Assembly: GCA_951406725.2 (NCBI GenBank)
Contig: OX597837.1
Location: 2,790,001 to 2,854,000 of the forward strand
From: Octopus vulgaris
Taxonomy: Eukaryota
Length of the DNA: 64,000 nt
Reading direction: 5' to 3'
Of the stretch, positions 10,947-23,962 are shown piece by piece; position 1 is the first letter of the stretch, and each line of letters opens with the position of its first letter. The translations under genes were made by a program, and so were the position numbers. The notes beneath the pieces are model-generated. The model was not told the DNA's origin, ran no database searches, and saw only the letters and a program-made list of their open reading frames with translations.

Positions 10947-12821
10947 ATGGATTCTCCTGAAGAATTGTCAAAGAAGGTGGGAAAATCATCATATTCCTGT
11001 AATATCTGTCAAAAGACATTCTCTTTAAAAAGCAGCCTTACTAATCATAAAATTATTCACTCAGGAGAGAAACGACATAACTGTGATATCTGTGGTAAAG
11101 CCTTCTCCAGATTACAAACCTTAATTACTCATAAACGTATCCATACTGGAGAAAAGCCTTATGAATGTAATATCTGTGGTAAATCATTCTCTGTCAGAAG
11201 TCATTTAGCTGATCACATACGTACTCATACAGGTGAAAAGCCATATCATTGCGATATCTGCGGAAAGTCATTCTCTCGAAGTAATGGCCTAACTAGGCAC
11301 ATTCGTGTTCACACAGGCGAGAAGCCATATCAGTGTAACATTTGTGGTGAATCATTCTCTGAAAAAGGTAATTTAACTAAGCACATATACATTCATACAG
11401 GTGAAAAGTTGTACCACTGTGAGATCTGTGGAAAATCATTCTTTCAGAAAGTTCATTTAAATTCTCACAAATATGTTCATACTGGAGAGAAACCATATCA
11501 CTGTGATGTCTGTGGTAAATCCTTCACTGATAGAAATACTTTAATTAAGCACAAACTCATTCATACGGGAGTGAGACCACATCCCTGCGATATCTGTGGT
11601 AAGTCATTCGCTAAGGGCAGTACATTAAATATTCACAAACGTATTCATACAGGAAATAAACCGTATCACTGTGATATCTGTGGTAAATCATACTCGCAAA
11701 ATAGTGAACTGACTTTACACAAGAGACGTATTCATACAAGAGAAAAGCCATATCAGTGTGAATTCTGTGGCAAATCCTTCACTGACGGAACTGGATTAAC
11801 TGTTCACAGACGTATTCATACAGGGGAAAAGCCATATCACTGTAGTATCTGTAGCAAGTCATTCGCATGTGCAGGTTCCTTAACTGTTCACATACGCATT
11901 CATTCAGGTGAAAAACCATATCATTGTGATATTTGTGATAAATCGTTCACCTATGTTAGAACATTAGCTTATCACAAACGTGGTCATTCAGGAGAAAAGC
12001 CGTATCACCCTGGTAAATCATTCTCTGGAACAAGTCGTTTAACAAGACGTAAGAGGCACATTCGTAAAAGAAAGAAAACCTATCGCTGCGATACTTGTGG
12101 TAAATCATTCACTGATGGAAGTGTGTTAATTGTTCACAAACGTATTCATACAGGTGAGAAACCATATCACTGTAATACCTGTGGTAAATCATTTTCCCAA
12201 AGTTCTGGCCTAATTAGGCACATACGTATTCATACAGGAGAGAAACCATATCACTGTGACACTTGTGGCAAGTCATTTACTGATGGACGTACGTTAACCT
12301 CTCATAAACGTATGCATACAGGGGAAAAACCATATCACTGTGATATCTGTGGTATGTCATTCTCTGAAACATATAATTTAACTAAACACAAATACACTCA
12401 TACAGGAGAAAAGCTATATCACTGTGATGTCTGTGGTAAATCCTTCTCTCAGACAAGTCACTTAACTGTCCACAGTCGTACTCATACAGGTGAGAAACCT
12501 TATCATTGTGACATCTGTAATAAATCTTTTTCTCAAACTGCTCATCTAACAATTCATAAACGTACTCATACAGGTGAGAAACTGTATCACTGTGATATCT
12601 GCGGTAAATCTTTCTCTCAGACAGGTCATTTAACAATTCACCGACGTATCCATACAGGGGAGAAACCCTATCAGTGTGATATCTGTGGTAAATCATTCTT
12701 CCAAAACAGCGATGTGACCAAGCACAAACGCATTCATACAGGGGAAAGGCCTTACCACTGTAATATCTGTGGTAAATCATTTTCTGGAAGTACTTCCTTA
12801 ACGATTCACAAATGCATTTAA
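10947..12821 (+). CDS. C2H2 zinc-finger protein 1 (~22 finger units, one degenerate internal, last one truncated)
   Basis: Tandem CxxC-x12-HxxxH with TGEKPY linkers; ATG at 10947 (MDSPEELSK..) matches paralogue starts; putative acceptor tttcag ending at 10280. Confidence 0.95.
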   Translation: MDSPEELSKKVGKSSYSCNICQKTFSLKSSLTNHKIIHSGEKRHNCDICGKAFSRLQTLITHKRIHTGEKPYECNICGKSFSVRSHLADHIRTHTGEKPYHCDICGKSFSRSNGLTRHIRVHTGEKPYQCNICGESFSEKGNLTKHIYIHTGEKLYHCEICGKSFFQKVHLNSHKYVHTGEKPYHCDVCGKSFTDRNTLIKHKLIHTGVRPHPCDICGKSFAKGSTLNIHKRIHTGNKPYHCDICGKSYSQNSELTLHKRRIHTREKPYQCEFCGKSFTDGTGLTVHRRIHTGEKPYHCSICSKSFACAGSLTVHIRIHSGEKPYHCDICDKSFTYVRTLAYHKRGHSGEKPYHPGKSFSGTSRLTRRKRHIRKRKKTYRCDTCGKSFTDGSVLIVHKRIHTGEKPYHCNTCGKSFSQSSGLIRHIRIHTGEKPYHCDTCGKSFTDGRTLTSHKRMHTGEKPYHCDICGMSFSETYNLTKHKYTHTGEKLYHCDVCGKSFSQTSHLTVHSRTHTGEKPYHCDICNKSFSQTAHLTIHKRTHTGEKLYHCDICGKSFSQTGHLTIHRRIHTGEKPYQCDICGKSFFQNSDVTKHKRIHTGERPYHCNICGKSFSGSTSLTIHKCI

Positions 12822-12882
12822 CCAGGAGAATAACCATATCACTGTATCTGCAGTAAATAATTTTCTCAAAACCATGATTTAA

Positions 12883-13809
12883 CCCTTTTGCTACCAACCC
12901 AGCTGAAACCGGCTCTGGCTCTGTTGTACAAATGTCTTGTTTTCATAAATTTTGAATTAAAATCTTCCACCAAACCTTAGTCACAATTTATGTTCCTAAC
13001 ACCAGCTTAATGATAACAACGTTATTTTACTAAATTTTTTGTTATATTTAAAATTAATTGAAAGAAACACAGAGCATCTCTGCAGAAATATGGTTACAAA
13101 AGGGTTAAGATATATAATAAAGAAACAATTCTTAACCCTTTTGATACCAACCCGGCTGAAACTGGTTCTGGCTCTGTTGTACAAATGTCTTGTTTTCATA
13201 AATTTTGAATTAAAATCTTCCACCAAAACTTAGTCACAATTTATGTTCCTAACACCAGCTTAATGATAACAAAGTTATTTTACGAAATTCTTTGTTATGT
13301 CTAAAATAATTGAGAAAAACACAAAGCATCTCAAAATAAAATACAGTAACGAAAGGGTTAAGCTAGTGTTTGGGACATGAATTAACATGAAATTTTATTG
13401 GAAGGTTTTAATTTAGACCAATTTGATCCTTTTGTTACCATATTTCAGTTGAAATGCATTGCTTTTGTTTCAGTTAATTCTAACAGTATTGAAGAATTTT
13501 AGTTAAGTAATTTTGTTGAAATACACTGCCTGTATTTCTATTAATTTTTTAAATAATGAAGAATTCAGTAAAAGAAACTTCGTCATCATTAACCCTTTCG
13601 TTACCAACCCAGCTGAAACCGGCTCTGTTGTATAAATGTCTTGTTTTCATAAGTTTTGAATTAAAATCTTCCACCAAACCTTAGTCACAATTTATGTTCC
13701 TAACACAAGCTGAATGATAACTAAGTTATTTTACTAAATTCTTTGTTATGTCTAAAAATAATTGAGAAAAACAGAAAGCATCTCAAAATAAAATACAGTA
13801 ACGAAAGGG
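12883..13809. mobile_element. Three ~220-bp piggyBac-like MITEs (TTAA-flanked, CCC..GGG) in the ZNF1 3' region
   Basis: ttaa|ccctt...aaggg|ttaa at 12883-13104, 13136-13357 and 13593-13809; more copies at ~21493, 26788, 27435, 28698 and 39862. Confidence 0.8.
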
Positions 13810-14359
13810 TTAACCAAACACAAATATATTCATTCTGAAGAATAAATATCACATTTATATGTGATAAATCATTCTCTGTTACAAATCACTCCTCTACTTA
13901 GTAATATGTGCAATGTGGAGTGGTTGGGAAATTGTAACAGAGGTTTCAGGATTCTTAAATCTACTGCATGACATGACTGCCTGGTTCCACAATAAAATAC
14001 ATCCAACACACTACCAATTTGATGGTGACAATAAGGGCAGCCAGCTATAAAAATCATGCCACTAAAATGGAACTTGAAAGTGAAATATATTTCCTGATTC
14101 ACCAAATTCAAGAAATAAATTATTTTTTTTTGTACAAGTTCAATATATTGTATTACATTTGTTATTGATTGCTTCAGGATTATGAAGGATCTGATCATTT
14201 GTTTTTGTTTTCCATTATATTGCATTTGATAAAGTTTTACATAGCACTTTGGTTACCCCTTACTTTGCAATTTTTATGTACATTCATTAAAAATATGCTA
14301 ATTTCAATATTAATTAAGCTCACACATATGACTGACAAAAAAGTACGATCAAAAGAATT

Positions 14360-14722
14360 CTATCTATCTATCTATCCGCTCAGTCGAAGTAGTCTCTCGG
14401 TTACTCGATGGATCAGTGTTCTCCGGCCAGTTCTATCCTGGGTCGCTTCTTTCAGATTGGCTATGGCCACTCCCGTGTCACTCTTAATGGTGTCAAGCCA
14501 GCGGGTTCTTGGTCGGCCTCTTCCTCTCTTGCCACTGACCATTCCGAGCATGATGACCTTCTCCAGGGATTTTCTCTGCATAATATGACCAAAATATGTC
14601 AATCTATGCTTGGTGATTCAAGCTTCTAGCGACAGTTTCGGCTTGATCTGGTTAAGAACTTCTCCATTGGTGAGCCTCGCTGTCCATGGAATCCGTAAAA
14701 GTCTTCTCCAACACCAAAGCTC
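14360..14722 (-). mobile_element. RTE-clade LINE 3' fragment
   Basis: LWCWRRLLRIPWTAR..N.EVL and YFGHIMQR.SLEKVIMLG.VSGKRGRGRPRTRWLD; (GATA)n tail. Confidence 0.85.
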
Positions 14723-17330
14723 TTTTACCAAACCCAAATTTTCAATGAAACTGAGAGAACTTATAATCAAAATTAACGAAATTGTTAAAAATAGGGGATC
14801 TTTTTGGTTTGAACGGCAGTTTTTTCTAGCGGTGTCATATGACCCTAGTATCGATCTATTGCATTTCAATCTGTTTTAGGGGTGGGGGGGAAAGGGTATC
14901 TTTTTTTCTTCACAAATGTAAATAAACCTAATCTGTTTCTTAAACGAGGGACATATTCATATGACACAGAATGTTTTTTTACCTCAGTAGACGTCAATGA
15001 TTGGTTGAAATTGAAGAAAAAAAAACAACAAATATCTTACAAACTATAGAATTTTCTCAATAAAGCCAAGAGAAAAAGATGTTTTATAAACACATTCTAC
15101 CAGTATACGAAGTTATCAGCGTCGCCTTACTGGCACTTGTGCCTGTGCTAGTAGGGTGCCAAGAGCACCATCCGTGCATGATCGTTGCCAGAGCAGCCAA
15201 CTGGCTTCCGTGCCAGTGGCACGTAAAAGGGCACCATTCAGACTGATTGTTCATCACAACTTGCATATGCAACTGATTTGGTCCTTGTAGCCGAGACTGG
15301 AGGATATAGAGGAAAAATTCCAAATGGTATCCAGTAAAAATTTCTTACTCAACTTTTTATAAAAGTGAAATTTCTATAAGTACTGTGAAGTCAACATTTA
15401 TAGGCATAGGAGTGGCTGTGTGGTAAGTAGCTTGCTTACCAACCACATGGTTCCAGGTTCAGTCCACTGCGTGACACCTTGGGCAAGTGTCTTCTACTAA
15501 AGCCTCAGGCCAACCAAAGCCTTGTGAGTGGATTTGGTAGAGGGAAACTGAAAGAAGCCTGTCGTGTATATGTTTGTGTGTCTGTGTTTGTCCCCCCACC
15601 ATCACTTGACAACCGATGCTGGTGTGTTTACATCCCCGTAACTTAGTGGTTCGGTGAAGGAGGCCGATAGAATAAGTATTAGGCTTACAAAGAATAAGAC
15701 CTGGGGTCGATTTGCTTGACTAAAAAAGGTGGTGCTCCAGCATGGCCACAGCCAAATGACTGAAACAAGTAAAATAATAAAAAGAGAGTAAAGAGTATTT
15801 TGATATCTCCAGGGAAATCATGCTTATTTGACAGGGAAGTAGTAGGCAGGAATTCAACGTAGTATATGCAGTGTGATCTGTTGGTACAGAGATGGTGTAG
15901 TGGAATCAAAGACGAACTAAGTGAATAAAGAGAGAGTTTTTGGTAGATGCACAGAAGTTGTCAGAGCAACAGTAAAATAAATTTTATTTATAATGTTCAA
16001 AATGCTCTGTACAAGTAGTTGATAGTATTTGTAAGTGACTTAATCAGCAGTGGAAGGATTACTGGAAGCATAATAATCAGGCGCAGGAGTGGCTGTGTGG
16101 TAAGTAGCTTGCATACCAACCATATGGCTCCGGGTTCAGTCCCACTGCGTGGCACCTTGGGCAAAGTGTCTTCTACTATAGCCTTGGGCCGACCAAAGCC
16201 TTGTGAGTGGATTTGGTAGATGGAAACTGAAAGAAGCCTGTCATATATATGTGTGTCTGTGTTTGTCCCGCTAGCATTGCTTGACAACCGATGGTGGTGT
16301 GTTTATGTCCCCGTAACTTAGCGGTTCAGTAAAAGAGACCGATAGAATAAGTACTGGGCTTACAAAGAATAAGTCTCGGGGTCGATTTGCTCGACTAAAA
16401 AAGGCGGTGCTCCAGCATGGCCGCAGTCAAATGACTGAAACAAGTAAAAGAGAGAATAAAAACATGGCAGTGAATAATCAGGAAACTAACAAGAAGATAA
16501 TCCTGTCGAGCAAGAGGCATGCAATGCCCCCCCCCCCATGGTAGTGTGGGCACTAAATATAGGGGTTTTGTGGAAGCTGAAAAGAAATGAAGCTTGATGT
16601 GTTACATAGGAAATGAGGAGCAAGGTCCAAGTGAGCTGAGGGATAAAATGAAGTGTGCAAGGAAGACTATTGTCACAAACAATGTACCAATGGTGACTGA
16701 TAGGTGGAGGCACATGGCCTAGTGGTTAGAGCAGCGGTTGAGGGATTGCGGGTTCGAATATCTGACCGGGCGATGTTTGTGTTTATGAGCAAAACACCAA
16801 AGCTCCAGCAGAAGATAATGGCGAAACTTCTGCTGACTCTTTTGCCACAACTTTCTCTCACTCTTTCCACCTGCATCTTGCAGCTCACCTGCAACGGACC
16901 GGTGTCCTGTCCAGGTGGGGAACCTATACGCCAAGGAAACCAGGAAACTGGCCCTTATGAGCCACGCATGGCTCGAGAAGGAACAAACAAAATGGTGACT
17001 GATGGGTAGAGAAGTGTCAGGAGATCCCTGTAGAAGAGGGAGAGCCAAACAAATGAGGTAAAGGCTAATCCCTGAAGGATCAACCTCAAAGAAATACAGC
17101 AAAGTTGAAGACTTGTCTGACCCAAGCAAACGTGGAAAAACAACTTTAAAATGTTAATGATGATCATTCTCATCATCAACTTGTGTTCAAAAATGAGGAA
17201 ATAGCATATAAAATATGTTTGCAGAAATCAAAAATATTTCAGGGCAAATTGTGAGGGAAATGTTTGTGCTGTTGTGTGAAAATATCAGTGTTGGGATATT
17301 ACAGTAACAGTTGAGTTATTAACTTAATTA

Positions 17331-18325
17331 TCATCATCATCATCGTTTAATGTTCGTTTTCCATGCTAGCATGTGTTGGACGGTTCGACCGGGGTCTGGG
17401 AAGCCAGGAGGCTGCACCAGGCTCCGGTCTGATTTGGCAGTGTTTCTACAGCTGGATGCCCTTCCTAATGCCAACCACTCTGTGAGTGTAGTGGGTGCTG
17501 TTTACGTGCCACTGGCACGGGCCAGAGGAGGCTGGCAAATGGCCACGATCGGTTGGTGCTTTTTATGTGTCATCGACACAGACGCCAGTTAGACAGCATG
17601 GGTATCTTAACTACAATTTCCATTTGATTTTTATTTTGATGCTGGTGTTGATGTACTTGACTCAATAGGTCTCCTCAAGAACAGCGGGTCACTCTATGAT
17701 CCAAGGTTAGCACATCCTGTTCTAACCTTGGATCGTTAGTTTCCATATATAAATAAATATCCTGAACATTAACAAAGGGTTCAATTACTTATTTTTGAGG
17801 TGTTCATATATTCTTGCCTGCTGTAATCATTTACAGTGTTTATTGATACTAAACTCTGCTTGCGAGGACCTGTTGAAGTTTAAAAGTGAAATCGAAATCA
17901 AATTCGATGACAGGCATCCGTGCTAGTGGAGTGCTAAGAGCACCATCTAACTAGCTTCCATGCCGGTGGCACATAAAAAGCACCATTCGGGCATGATCAT
18001 TACCAGTATCGCCTTACTTGTGCTGGTGGCACATGAAAAAATATTCGAGCGAGGTCGTTACCAGTTCCGCTGAACTAGCTCCTGTGCAGGTGGCACGTAA
18101 AAAACACCATTTGAGCGTGGCCATTGCCCTTCCTAATGCCAACCACTCCGAGAGTATAGTGGGTACTTTTACGTGCCACCGGCACGAGGGCCAGTTTGGT
18201 GGTACTGGCAACGGCCACGCTCAATTGGTGTTTTTTACGTGCCACCTGCACGAGAGCCAGTCCAGTAGCACTGGCGATGACCTCGCTTGAATGTTTCACA
18301 TGCCACCAGCACAAGCGCTGGTAAG
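17331..18325. mobile_element. SINE family D copies (RTE-type (GAT)n tail, internal ~50-bp tandem units)
   Basis: catcatcgtttaa..ccatgctagcatgggttggac..ctggatgcccttcctaacgccaacc; copies also at ~3270, 24118, 27927, 32653, 38560-39780, 59820 and 61980. Confidence 0.75.
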
Positions 18326-18811
18326 GCAACGCGGTAAGTTAAAATATTTTGTGTATTGTACAAGTAAAACCAATTTATTGGACATAAAGTTTAACAGCAA
18401 AATCTTACGTGGACCCTGGTTGAGAACCACTGGTCTGTACCATTGGTCCTCTGTACTTAACTGGTGTTTTTCTGTTTGTACGTGCCCCATTGTTTGAGAA
18501 CTGGTGTTTGATTGTGTACATTGCCATAACTTAGAAGTCCGATAAAAGATGTGCATAGAATAAGCAGCAGATTTAAAATATATGTACTTTTGTTCAATTG
18601 TTCAACTAAACCCTTCGAAGTGGTTGCCTAGCATGACCATAATAGTAAAAGATAGATGGCATATGTATGCACAGTGTGGCTATGTGATAAGAAGCTTGCT
18701 TTTCAACCATATAGTCACTGCATGGTATCTTGGGCAAGGGTCTTCCATTATCATACTGGGCTGTCCAAAACCCTTGTGAGTGGATTTCATAGACAGAAAC
18801 TGAAAGAAACT

Positions 18812-19220
18812 AAGGTAGCAAGCTGGCAGAATCGTTAGCATGTTGGGCGAAATGCTTAGCGGTATTTCGTCTGCCGTTACGTTCTGAGTTCAAAATCTGC
18901 CGAGGTCGACTTTGCCTTTCATCCTTTCGGGGTCAATTAAATAAGTACCAGTTACGCACTGGGGTCGATATAATCGACTTAATCTGTTTGTCTGTATTTG
19001 TTTGTCCTTTCTGTGTTTAGCCCCTTGTGGGTAGTAAAGAAATAGGTATTTTGTCTGCCGTTTCGTTCTGAGTTCAAATTCCGCCAAGGTCAACTTTGCC
19101 TTTCATCCTTTCGGGGTCGATAAATGAAGTACCTGCTATGCACTGGAGTCGATCTAATCGACTTAATCTCTTTGTTTATCCCCTCTATGTTTAGCCCCTT
19201 GTGGGCAGTAAAGAAATAAC
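18812..19220 (+). mobile_element. Dimeric SINE family A copy
   Basis: Two tandem family A bodies; similar dimers at 36832-37230 and 63415-63755 (-). Confidence 0.75.
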
Positions 19221-19649
19221 TGAAAGAAGCTCATGATATATACATATGTGTGTGTCTATTTGGGTTTTCCCTCCACCATCACTTGACAACTGGTGTTGGT
19301 TTCTTTTGCTTCCTATAATTTGGTAAGTTAGTAAAAAAAAAGTAAACTGATAGAATAAGTACCAAACTTTGGAAAGAAAAGGCTTGGGGTTCATCTGTTT
19401 GACTAAAGCCTTCAAGGAGGTGGCCCGGCATGGCCACAGTCCAGTGACTAAATCGAACTAGTGTGTTAGGTATTAAGATAGTATGATTCTCCCCAGACAC
19501 AACAAAAATTTTAAAAAGTTATCTTGAAAATGCTTTTAAAACATTAAGCGTTTTATTTCCAAGAAAATTCACATCACTAGAAATCCCCAACGTCCCCTTC
19601 TGAATCGCGACATCTCCAAGGGGACGCTACCATTGAGGTTGTTATACTT

Positions 19650-19850
19650 GATACCGAAAATGCGGCCGCAGACATAAAAGTCAGCTTTACTTGTGTTCTG
19701 TTAGGATTTTATTGTGGAAGAAACAAGGAATTCTTTGAATGGTAAATCATCGGTAAACCTCTCATTCTAACAGTCAGATGATTACTTTGGTAGTTTAGTG
19801 AAAGCGCTTAGCACAATGATTCCCTGTTTACATCTGGAAAAAGGTAAGCT
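19650..19850 (+). promoter_or_regulatory. Putative promoter/non-coding exon 1 of ZNF gene 2; donor at 19844
   Basis: Conserved ataccgaaaatgcggc...tcagctttacttg and tgtttacatctggaaaaag|gtaagc. Confidence 0.6.
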
Positions 19851-19898
19851 GATAAAACGTTTATCTTAATGCTTATGTATGTAAATAATAGAATTTTT

Positions 19899-20003
19899 GG
19901 CGATCCTCCCCCTAACCCTAACCCCCCCATATATATAAAAAAAAAAAAAAACACTTTCTTGAAATATATCCTATACTTCCGGTACCTATACCGAAGTTAC
20001 GCC
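19899..20003. mobile_element. Merlin-type short MITE in intron 1 of ZNF2
   Basis: ggcgatcc..gttacgcc; TSD gaattttt at 19891-19898 and 20004-20011. Confidence 0.8.
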
Positions 20004-20208
20004 GAATTTTTTTTTTTTTTTTGGAGGATGTTAATTATATTCAAGTAAAAACATATAACAGGGGGAAAATATATTTCTTTCGGATACAGTAATTATATAA
20101 ATGTAAAAACTCATAGCAACATTGATAAAATATATTTCCTACAAGAATACAATAATTACATTGAACTGAAAATAATAAATTTGGGGAAATATTTACATGT
20201 CTTGATTT

Positions 20209-20299
20209 AGCGAAAGTAAAGAATACCTACACCCGGTGTTTAGGGTCAGGGTTTTTGTTAGGCCGAAAACGGGTGGTGTACGTATTCTTTACCTCCGCC
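20209..20299. mobile_element. Small MITE with 9-bp TSD
   Basis: TIR (g)gcg.a.gtaaagaatac / gtattctttacctccgcc; TSD tcttgattt on both sides. Confidence 0.65.
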
Positions 20300-20635
20300 T
20301 CTTGATTTTTATGTAGAAATAAGTCTTTCATGTTAATCTCTATTCTTAAAAAATCCTTTAAAAATCAACTTACAAGAACAGAAACGAATTGAACTATATT
20401 AACAGATATGTGTGTGTGTGTATATATACTCTTTTACTTGTTTCAGCCATTTGACTGTGGCCATGCTGGAGCACCGCCTTTAGTCGAGCAAATCGACCCC
20501 AGGACTTATTCTTTGTAAGCCTAGTACTTATTCTATCGGACTCTTTTGCCGAACAGCTAAGTTACGGTGACGTAAACACACCAGCATCGGTTGTCAAGCG
20601 ATGTTGGGGAGACAAGCACAGACACACAAACATTT

Positions 20636-20668
<33 letters not shown>

Positions 20669-22831
20669 CACACACGACGGCTTTCAGTTTCCGTCTACCA
20701 AATCCACTCACAAAGCTTTGGTCGGCCCGAGGCTATAGTAGAAGACACTTGCCCAAGGTGCCACACAGTGGGACTGAACCTGGAACCATGTGATATAAAG
20801 TATCAAACCTAAAGTATCAACATTTTTCATAACATTGTGAGTCTCATTTAACTGTTTGAAGTTACGAAACACAGCTGCAAAATTATCCAGACGGATTTAT
20901 ATCAGATATCAGTAATTTGGCTTCTGTTTGCTTTCTGTAAATAATGGTTTCACAACAGATGGCATGATATTGTTTCATCTCCATATGAATGGACGTATTA
21001 GGAGTTAGGTCACTTTTTTTTAAGAAGTACTTCGTTTTTTGATCATTTTTTCCCCCTGTCATTCAAAGTTCGTTTTTTCATTCATAATATTTTTTGTTCG
21101 ATCCGTTATAGTACTTGTAGTACAGATAAGAACGGACTTCACTTTGATTATTGGTCTGCTCAGTTACGGCTGACTAGGGACAAAATAGCAACAATGAGGC
21201 CCCTGAGGTGGAAACTATGCGATTACTCAACCTTCTTGAAATAAGAGCTAAATTTCTCACAAATTACACCTAGCCGTCTTAGAAATTATGGCAGGGTATG
21301 GTAATTGGACACTAAAGATAATGCATCCCAAGATATACAACGACAGTGTCGTGGCCGGAATGTGTTTGATAATAGGTTTGCTTAGTAAGGATTGCCCACG
21401 GATTACGTAACAGTGACAACAGATGTTTCTAGTGAGAGAAAAATGTCCAACGTTCTGTAAATTTTGGTATAGTGAACATATGTCATATGTAACCCTTTCG
21501 TTACCAACCTGGCTAAAACTGGCTCTGGTTCTGTGTACAAATGTCTTATTTTCTTAAGTTTGGAATTAAAATCTTCCCCCCAAACCTTAATCACAATTTA
21601 TGTTCCTAACACTAGCTGAATGATGACTAAGTTATTTTATTAAATTCTTTGTTATATTTTAAAGTAATTGAAAGAAACACAGAGCATCTCAAAATAAATG
21701 CAGTTACTAAAGGGATGTCAACTGTTTAGTAGTAGGGAGGTCAATCCCTGGGTAAGTCAGGGTATATTCTGGTTGAAGTGTAGCAAACTAATGGCATCAC
21801 AATTAGTTGAATAACAAATGAGGAGAATATCTGTAGTGTAGACAATGGAATGAGATCACTATACCTATGTGGGTTTCATAAAGATTCCAAACTCTGAGAA
21901 TATTATTGAATATGAGAGGTACCTGAAGAAGTCAGGTACCTCCTGATCATACAAGGACTGAAGATATCAATCAAGATATGTACACTCGCTGTTGTTGATT
22001 GTAATATGGGTTTGTTTTTTTTTGGTCCTTCTCGAGCCATGCCTGGCTCATAAGGGCCGGTTTCTTGGCGTATAGGTTCCCCACCTGGACGGGACGCTGG
22101 TCTGTCGCGGGTGAGCTACAAGATGCAGGAGGAAAGAGTGAGAGAAAGTTGTGGCGAAAGAGTCAGCAGAAGTTCGCCATTACCTTCTGCCGGAGCTTAG
22201 GTGTTTCACTCATAAACACACACATCGCCCGGTCTGAGATTCGAACCCGCGATACCTTGACCACGAGGCTGCTGCTCTAACCACTAGGCCATGTACCTCC
22301 ACTATTGTAATATGGGTAATGTTACACAATCTGAAGGTGTAGACTGTAAATATGTAAACTTCACACAGCTTTGTATGATGTAATTTGAATCAATAACAAA
22401 TTAATTAAAAGTTCAGTTATTGAGGTGAAAGTTTATAATTTCTTTTTTCAATATAGAATTGTAGTAAAATTACTCTGTTGAACCTCTATTTTATCTAATT
22501 ATTTTTGGTATCTTATTCTTTCTCTATTTCCGTATCCCAAATGAGATTGCCATTAAAAATAATATCAATATTTATCATTTACAGACAAATGAAAGCTGTT
22601 ATGCAGAAGATTTACAACTCTGTTTCTTTAAATTCATCATTGAGTTTGTGCAAAATATTTCTTCTGATTGAGACATTTCTCTTCTTCAATGTCTAGAGGG
22701 TAAACAAGATGATTTTGTATTCCAGTTAAACATGGACAGATTTACGTTGGAAATATTGCAGTGTAAATATTTTGATCTCAAAGCAATGAAAATATCCATA
22801 TTGTCATTGGAAAAGAAAAAATTATAGAAGA

Positions 22832-23962
22832 ATGAATTTTCCTGATGAATTGTCAAAGGAGGTGGGAAAATCATCATATTCCTGTGATATCTGTCAAAGG
22901 ACATTCTCTCTAAAAGGTAGTCTTGCTACTCATAAATGTATTCACACAGGTGAGAAACCATACAACTGTGATATCTGTGGTAAAACATTCACTGTGAGAA
23001 GGAACTTAACTGAACATAGACATATTCATACAGGAGAGAAACCACATAACTGTGATATCTGTGGTAAATCATTCTCTAGAATTCGTACTTTAATTACCCA
23101 TAAACGTGTCCACACTGGAGAAAAGCCATACGAATGTGATACTTGTGGTAAATCTTTCTCTGTAGGAAGTCATTTAGCTGATCATGTACGTACTCATACA
23201 GGTGAAAGGCCATATCATTGTGATATCTGTAATAAATCGTTCTCTTGCACCAGTAGCCTGACTCGCCATATACGTATCCATACAGGAGAGAAACCATATC
23301 AGTGTGATATTTGTGGTGAATCATTCTCTGAAACGGGTAATTTGACTAAACACAAATACATTCATACAGGAGAGAAGTTTCATCACTGTGATACCTGTGG
23401 AAGAGCATTTTTTCAAAGATCTCAGTTAAACTCTCACAAACGTATTCATACAGGTAAAAAACCATATCACTGTGACATCTGCAGTAAATCCTTCTCTCAC
23501 ACAAGTCAATTGACAATACACAACAGGCGCGTTCATACAGGAGAAAAACCATATCAGTGTGATATCTGTGGTAAATCGTTCACTGATGGGGGTACATTAG
23601 GTGTTCACAAGCGTATTCATTCAGGGGAGAAGCCATATCATTGCGATATCTGTGGTAAATCATTCACTTACACAGGTACATTAACTGTTCACAGGCGTAT
23701 TCATACAAAAGAGAAACCATGTCAGTGTGATATCTGTGGTAAATCTTTCACTGATGGAAGTGCACTGGCTTCTCATAAACGTATGCATACAGGGGAAAAA
23801 CCATATCACTGTGATATCTGTGGTAAGTCATTCTCTCGTAGTTACGACCTAACTAGACATGTACGTTTTCATACAGGTGAGAAGCCATATCAGTGTAATA
23901 TTTGCAGTAAATCATTCTATGAAGCATGTAAATTAACGAAACACAAATACACACATACATGA
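22832..23962 (+). CDS. C2H2 zinc-finger protein 2 (13 fingers)
   Basis: 376-aa ORF of tandem C2H2 fingers; start MNFPDELSKEVGKSSY. Confidence 0.95.
   Translation: MNFPDELSKEVGKSSYSCDICQRTFSLKGSLATHKCIHTGEKPYNCDICGKTFTVRRNLTEHRHIHTGEKPHNCDICGKSFSRIRTLITHKRVHTGEKPYECDTCGKSFSVGSHLADHVRTHTGERPYHCDICNKSFSCTSSLTRHIRIHTGEKPYQCDICGESFSETGNLTKHKYIHTGEKFHHCDTCGRAFFQRSQLNSHKRIHTGKKPYHCDICSKSFSHTSQLTIHNRRVHTGEKPYQCDICGKSFTDGGTLGVHKRIHSGEKPYHCDICGKSFTYTGTLTVHRRIHTKEKPCQCDICGKSFTDGSALASHKRMHTGEKPYHCDICGKSFSRSYDLTRHVRFHTGEKPYQCNICSKSFYEACKLTKHKYTHT

Noticed and set aside
12819-12860. Stop-codon read-through by A-to-I editing to extend ZNF arrays
   Set aside because: Several further stops and frameshifts follow immediately in ZNF1 and ZNF6
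12382-12897. Minus-strand ORFs overlapping ZNF genes (also 23094-23552, 31635-32072, 41509-41742, 49831-50319, 57745-58224)
   Set aside because: Shadow ORFs produced by the repetitive finger codon pattern; no independent protein signal
17900-18320. ~50-bp repeated units resembling a CRISPR-like array
   Set aside because: Internal tandem repeats of SINE D; spacers are homologous, the context is eukaryotic and there are no cas genes
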